From an uncultured virus (IMG/VR IMGVR_UViG_3300022836_000006) (taxonomy: Duplodnaviria > Heunggongvirae > Uroviricota > Caudoviricetes): a stretch of 64,000 nucleotides of DNA. The notes beneath the pieces are model-generated. The model worked only from the letters and a program-made list of their open reading frames with translations, was not told the origin of the DNA and ran no database searches. Position numbers and translations under genes: made by a program. The stretch lies in the IMG/VR virus record IMGVR_UViG_3300022836_000006, one strand, 5' to 3'. This document shows, piece by piece, positions 59,340-64,000 of this stretch (its first letter is position 1; the number at the start of each line of letters is the position of its first letter).

Positions 59340-60353
59340 CTACCTCGGTTTGATCTTCTCCCCAGACCCTGCCTTATACAAGGACGAAACAGCAGCGACT
59401 GCCTGCTCTTTCGATGGGCCAGCCGGTCCCCAGTATGCTTGGTGCTGCGGGTTGGCTGGGTTGTTGATGATGTCGTTGGCCTTCTCGGTGTTGGTCATCC
59501 CGGTGCTACCACCTGAGGTGTCACCATTGACCAGCGAGTCCTCACTGATGTGGGGCATCATCTTGGCGAACGCTTTGACTACACTCGCCGATTTGAACAT
59601 CGGGTCATTGGCCGGATCCAACCCGAGGGTGCGGGCGACACGGGATGCGTTGTCTGCCTCCTTGGCGAAGTCACCACCCCATGCTTCTTTAAGGCTATCG
59701 ATCTGGGCCTTGTCGTGTGCTGCGGTGGTCACCTCTTGCTGAGCTCGAAGCGATGAGGCTTCTTTGATGTCAGCGTCCACCAATGCCCGAACCAACTCTG
59801 GTGATGCGTTGTGCTGATGAAGGATCCCGACCATCCCGTTGACGTAGTCCCCAGCCCATGCCTCTTCAGGAATGTCATCAGGGCGCTTGATGCCATAGTC
59901 TTCGGGCTTCTCTGGGACTCCGTTGGCAATCCGCATGTGGTCGCTGCGTGCCTGCTTGTCAGCATCGCTGGCATCTGCGGGCAGGGGTTGCATCTGCTTA
60001 CTGCCAACCAGCTTGGTCATGTTGAACATGCCGCGCATCATGTCTGCCTCGGTCTTGTATTTGCCCAAGGTGTCCTTGAACCCACGGATGTCCTCTGGGA
60101 GGGTCGCTAGCCGGTCTGGCACTAGATCACCCTTTTCGTCGTAGAAGCTGCTGAGGCGCACGGAACCGGAACCGGAACCGGCACCACCGGCATCACCTGC
60201 GCCTTCACCACCAGCGCCTTCACCACCTGCGGCGGAACCTTCTCCACCTGACAGCAGCGTTGTGCCACCACCTGAGCCACCAGATCCACCAGTGCCTCCG
60301 TCTCCTCCACCATCCTCTTCCCAGAGGGTTCTGAATTGTGTGTATTTGATCAT
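59340..60353 (-). CDS. Capsid assembly scaffolding protein
   Basis: Gly-rich N-terminus; GVPEKPEDY, LKEAWG motifs; between portal and capsid. Confidence 0.8.
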   Translation of the reverse strand: MIKYTQFRTLWEEDGGGDGGTGGSGGSGGGTTLLSGGEGSAAGGEGAGGEGAGDAGGAGSGSGSVRLSSFYDEKGDLVPDRLATLPEDIRGFKDTLGKYKTEADMMRGMFNMTKLVGSKQMQPLPADASDADKQARSDHMRIANGVPEKPEDYGIKRPDDIPEEAWAGDYVNGMVGILHQHNASPELVRALVDADIKEASSLRAQQEVTTAAHDKAQIDSLKEAWGGDFAKEADNASRVARTLGLDPANDPMFKSASVVKAFAKMMPHISEDSLVNGDTSGGSTGMTNTEKANDIINNPANPQHQAYWGPAGPSKEQAVAAVSSLYKAGSGEKIKPR

Positions 60354-60365
60354 CGGTTACAGGGG

Positions 60366-60911
60366 TTAGTCTGAATACATGTCGCTGTCCGTCTCGCCGG
60401 ACTGTGGCAATTCGGTGAGGTGGGTCTTGCGGGTGGCCAAGATGCAATCCTGCTCGTAAGGAACATCAATGGGCTCACCCGTTTCATCGTCCAAGGCCTT
60501 GCGCCACTTGGTGACCTTGCCCGGGCCGATGATGCCATACTTGGCCTTGTATTCTTCGGGCTTGTAGTCCCGATACCACTCCACCAATTCAGGCGTCTTG
60601 TCGCCGGCTTGACGGGTCATCTTGGGCATGGGTGGGATAGCCTGCTTGGAGCGGGCGTGCACTGCTGCCTCATCACCGATCAGGATGACCGACTTCACCG
60701 TCTTCAGGTTGGGCTCACCACTGAGCCAGCGGTTGACCGCTCCTCGATACTTCTGATGGTCAGGATGGATCGAAAGAACCCCTCCTGAGAAGTTGGCCAC
60801 GTGGGTGACGTCGCCGTCGTCGTGGCGCATGATCTTGGTGCCCTCGAAGGCGTATCCACGTTGTGGAGCGTCCTCTGGGTAACCGTCCTCTGTCTTTTTG
60901 TCTTCTGACAT
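60366..60911 (-). CDS. Hypothetical protein
   Basis: 181-aa ORF with RBS (AAGGA). Confidence 0.6.
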   Translation of the reverse strand: MSEDKKTEDGYPEDAPQRGYAFEGTKIMRHDDGDVTHVANFSGGVLSIHPDHQKYRGAVNRWLSGEPNLKTVKSVILIGDEAAVHARSKQAIPPMPKMTRQAGDKTPELVEWYRDYKPEEYKAKYGIIGPGKVTKWRKALDDETGEPIDVPYEQDCILATRKTHLTELPQSGETDSDMYSD

Positions 60912-60939
60912 GTCTTATCCTTTGCTGATGGTTTGCTGA

Positions 60940-61218
60940 CTATTCGGGTCTTGCCCGAGTAAACTCTTGAATCTCGAGGAACAGCATTCGCTTGCCCTCG
61001 GCTTGTGCAGTCCTGAGTGGGCACAGGTGGCCTGCCTTGTCTGGCACCATGGTGGGGCGGTTGGCGTAGCATGCAGCCATCATGTCGTTCCACACGATCT
61101 GCTGTGCCACGGTCCTGTCTGCGTCGGTGCCATACACTGACCGGTAAGCCTTGATGCGCCTGATCTTGGCCTTGCGGATCTCTGCTGCGTCTTCCTGCGC
61201 CTTCTCTATGTTGGTCAT
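60940..61218 (-). CDS. Bbp19-like small protein after portal
   Basis: YRSVYGT...TAQAEGKRMLFLEI. Confidence 0.65.
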   Translation of the reverse strand: MTNIEKAQEDAAEIRKAKIRRIKAYRSVYGTDADRTVAQQIVWNDMMAACYANRPTMVPDKAGHLCPLRTAQAEGKRMLFLEIQEFTRARPE

Positions 61219-61220
61219 GA

Positions 61221-62897
61221 TTATGGTGACAGGGTGTTGCGCCCGCCTTCGTTGGCAGAACTCAGATCCTTCACAGCCTTGGCAATGCCGGGCGCTGCTT
61301 CAGCTGCCATGGCCTGCTGTTGCTGCTCTGCCCGTGCTTCTCGCATTGCGTCCCGGTCGAATACGTCACGCATCCATTCGGTGGGCAGGGCGAGGTTGTG
61401 ACTGATGCCACGGGCGATCTTGTCGGTGTCCCAGTTGTCCATGATCTCTGGGGCAATCTCCATCATTGGTTGGAAGATCGAGATCAGCTGGAGGAATGCG
61501 TTGTTCTCCACTGCCTTGATTGCCATGGCCAGCTTCGAGGTGAGCACGACCTTGGGCAGCGGCAGGATGGGTGATCCATCAGGTCCGGCCATCATTGCGC
61601 CGATGGGGGGCTCTTCGAATCTGCCGGCACGATACATCATGTTGAACACCCGGGTGAGCACTGGGGTGAGAACCTCATGGTCAATGCGGTAGAACGTCGG
61701 GCTGAAGTTGGCCACCTTCTCTGCCAATCGTTCGGCGATCTCGTAAGCAGTGCGGTCACCCTGATCCATGGACTTGAGCATCTGGAACAGGTCCACGTGG
61801 TAGGCTCGGTTGATGGCCTCGTCCTTGGACTCGATACGATCCTTGCCGATGTCGTAGCGCCCCTGCGTGCCCCACTCCTCTGGCTTGGCGTGTGGGGCGG
61901 CTGGGTTGACGTCGTATGGCGTGATGCCTCCTGAGCGTAGATCGATGTCACCCTCTTGGCCGGATGGGGTGAGGATCCGTGGGAATGCTGCGATCTCTGC
62001 GAGTGCATCCATCTGCTGCTCGATGAAGTTGACCTGCTTGACCGTGGGTAGCGTGGAGATCGATGGGCTGTAACCGTAGGGGTCTTTGCCCCACTTGAGG
62101 TAGCGGCTGATCATGGTGGGCATCTCGTCGTAGCCACCTTCGGAAATGACCTGCGAGTCCTTGACTGCCACGTAGGTGGATCCGATGCGCTTGTTGATGC
62201 CATCGAAGCGTTTCACATCCCGGCCCATGCGTGGCTCAATCACGTGGAGCAGCTCGAACTTCTCATCAGCTGCCTTGGTGTTCTCGCTTTGCTGGTAGTC
62301 CTGCCATGCTTTTAGAATGATCGGTGGCAGCTTGTCCTCACCGAACTTCATGGCGCACTGCCGGGCAGTCATGGAGAACTGTCGGAACACTGTATCCACA
62401 TACCCCTCATCGTCCTCGCAGACACAGAAGTCACCCACATCGAACTTCTGGAAGTTGAGCAATGAACGCTTGCCCTCCTCTAGGTGCAGGGAGGCTGTGC
62501 CGAATCCACCACGATCTAGGAAATGCTCATGGATGTTCAGGTAGAAGTTGGACCGGGCCAGCTCCATCATCGCCCGCTTGGTGGCCTTTCGATACCACAT
62601 GATCGCATCGTCGTCCTCACCCAGCTCTTCGGGTGGCTCCCATGCGAACCAGTTGCCGCTGACCATGTAGTCCTTCTGGCCAGCTGCGAGCACCCCGTTG
62701 GCCTCCACTGCAGTCTGGTTGTAGAGGTCCGAGTTAAGGTCTGACCCGGGGGTTCTGCTGGTGGTGATCTGGGCCTTGCGTGGCATCACGTAGTCGGCGA
62801 TCTCCTGCCATAGTGATTCCCAGCTGGACGCATTGGTCTTGAGCTGGGAGTGGCGCTTGAGCAAGTCGAGTGCTCGGGGGTCTTTGGTGATCGTCAT
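61221..62897 (-). CDS. Portal (head-tail connector) protein, T7 gp8/BPP-1-like
   Basis: WESLWQEIADYVMPRK, LARSNFY, FGTASL, YGYSP, TAYEIAER. Confidence 0.92.
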   Translation of the reverse strand: MTITKDPRALDLLKRHSQLKTNASSWESLWQEIADYVMPRKAQITTSRTPGSDLNSDLYNQTAVEANGVLAAGQKDYMVSGNWFAWEPPEELGEDDDAIMWYRKATKRAMMELARSNFYLNIHEHFLDRGGFGTASLHLEEGKRSLLNFQKFDVGDFCVCEDDEGYVDTVFRQFSMTARQCAMKFGEDKLPPIILKAWQDYQQSENTKAADEKFELLHVIEPRMGRDVKRFDGINKRIGSTYVAVKDSQVISEGGYDEMPTMISRYLKWGKDPYGYSPSISTLPTVKQVNFIEQQMDALAEIAAFPRILTPSGQEGDIDLRSGGITPYDVNPAAPHAKPEEWGTQGRYDIGKDRIESKDEAINRAYHVDLFQMLKSMDQGDRTAYEIAERLAEKVANFSPTFYRIDHEVLTPVLTRVFNMMYRAGRFEEPPIGAMMAGPDGSPILPLPKVVLTSKLAMAIKAVENNAFLQLISIFQPMMEIAPEIMDNWDTDKIARGISHNLALPTEWMRDVFDRDAMREARAEQQQQAMAAEAAPGIAKAVKDLSSANEGGRNTLSP

Positions 62898-62900
62898 TGA

Positions 62901-63110
62901 TTAGCCTCCTAGGAGTGTTTGCGGTGCGGTGACTGCTCCACCCGTCTCACCTGCGATGAGTGTCTTCCGGTAGCCTGACCGGCGCTTGGCATCACGTCTG
63001 GACTGCATGGATGCTGCCTTCACTTCGGTGGATCGTTCGGTCACGGGTGGCGTGATGGTTGGTTGCGGATTCGATGCCCGGTCTGGGCTTTTTGAGCTTC
63101 TGAAACACAT
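62901..63110 (-). CDS. Small virion-associated protein preceding portal
   Basis: MCF...RRSGYRKTL...TLLGG pattern. Confidence 0.65.
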   Translation of the reverse strand: MCFRSSKSPDRASNPQPTITPPVTERSTEVKAASMQSRRDAKRRSGYRKTLIAGETGGAVTAPQTLLGG

Positions 63111-63111
63111 G

Positions 63112-63462
63112 TTAGATTTCCCCTATGAATAATTCGCCTGCTCCAAGGCGGGTGAGTCCCAGCCTTTCCAAGTATTGGTAATATGGTGACGTTGTCTCTG
63201 TGGGCAAGATAATGCGGGCGTGGCCAAGGTCGCGCATGGTCTGTCTGATGTGGCAGAAAACCTTGAACGAAACCATGGGGGTCTGGGCTGAGTGAACCCA
63301 CATAAACACGGCCGGTGCGTAGACCGTCGAGAAGGCAGCGATGATCTGTCCTTGGTCATCTGATACAGCATGGCTAACGCATGGCACGTTGTGACCATCC
63401 ATCACCATCAGGTTGTGGACATAGGCCGACTCGACCGGGGTGGTTATCTGGTATGTTTTCAT
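63112..63462 (-). CDS. Hypothetical protein
   Basis: ATGA-coupled to terminase end. Confidence 0.55.
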   Translation of the reverse strand: MKTYQITTPVESAYVHNLMVMDGHNVPCVSHAVSDDQGQIIAAFSTVYAPAVFMWVHSAQTPMVSFKVFCHIRQTMRDLGHARIILPTETTSPYYQYLERLGLTRLGAGELFIGEI

Positions 63463-64000
63463 CGGATACTTCTGGGGGCGCGGGCGCGGGGTCTGTTGAT
63501 TGCACCATGGTTGGATCTGATGCCCGTCTTGGCCTGTGGGTTGAGCCCGGTCTTGGGCTTGGCTGGGATGGCTGATCGGTCGGTGAGGTAGCCACCTTTG
63601 ATCGCTTGGTGAATGTAGCCAAAGGCTGTGCTGAAGTGGGATGCCCAGTCATGCACCGGCACGTTGCGCACACTCTGCCCGTCGCTCTCCTCCTTGGACC
63701 TGAACGCATCCAATGCATCGATACCGCCCTCGCACCCGTCGAGGTTGAAGGCACAGCGGGCGATGGATGCCAGACCTTGGTTGATGTTGTCCCACTCATT
63801 GATATTGCGGGCCATGCAGACGGTGTGGTCGAGGCCTGCCCTGATCAGCTGGCCTTGGTAGTCCACTGCAGCGTCATGTGGGAGGAAGTGACCACCGTAG
63901 TTGAATGGCAGCGCCTTGATGCGTTTGGCCCATGCACCGGCGTGGTTGCAGTCGTCCCCACCCGTCAGGGACAGCAGCAGGTTGATGCGATCACCCACCA
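63459..64000 (-). CDS. terL: Terminase large subunit, C-terminal nuclease domain (partial)
   Basis: YGGHFLPHDA and PVHDWASHFSTAFGY motifs; upstream of portal. Confidence 0.85.
   Translation of the reverse strand, partial: VGDRINLLLSLTGGDDCNHAGAWAKRIKALPFNYGGHFLPHDAAVDYQGQLIRAGLDHTVCMARNINEWDNINQGLASIARCAFNLDGCEGGIDALDAFRSKEESDGQSVRNVPVHDWASHFSTAFGYIHQAIKGGYLTDRSAIPAKPKTGLNPQAKTGIRSNHGAINRPRARAPRSIR

Noticed and set aside
1..64000. Host assignment (e.g. PVC-group bacterium)
   Set aside because: A-rich leaders lacking Shine-Dalgarno sites are only suggestive; no host gene or att match is in the window.

Overview
The whole window is tailed-phage DNA and contains two different virion-morphogenesis modules flanking one lysogeny/early region. 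Module A (1-22.9 kb, mostly + strand) has a partial large virion protein, a portal, three tRNA genes, an oppositely oriented 4-gene block (glycosyltransferase, Thr/Ser-rich protein, tail-like proteins), scaffold, an N4-gp56/DUF4043-like capsid, adaptors, a fibre and lysis-type membrane genes. The middle (23.4-36.4 kb) has an XRE regulator, tyrosine integrase, RecT, a RecE-like nuclease, VRR-NUC, a DnaC-like ATPase, and small accessory ORFs delimited by attC-like imperfect palindromes. Module B (36.5-64 kb, - strand) is a T7/BPP-1-like podovirus late region: terminase end, portal, scaffold, capsid, tail tubes A/B, internal virion proteins, a 3227-aa polyvalent protein with three ART-like repeats, and fibre and head-spike genes. 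Most notable: (1) an integron-cassette-like array with no integron integrase; (2) the fibre genes of the two otherwise dissimilar modules share three near-identical DNA blocks around swapped domains; (3) a candidate switchable structured RNA at 22.9-23.1 kb. An assembly chimera of two co-occurring phages cannot be excluded. All protein calls come from motif recognition and synteny by eye; no database searches were run.
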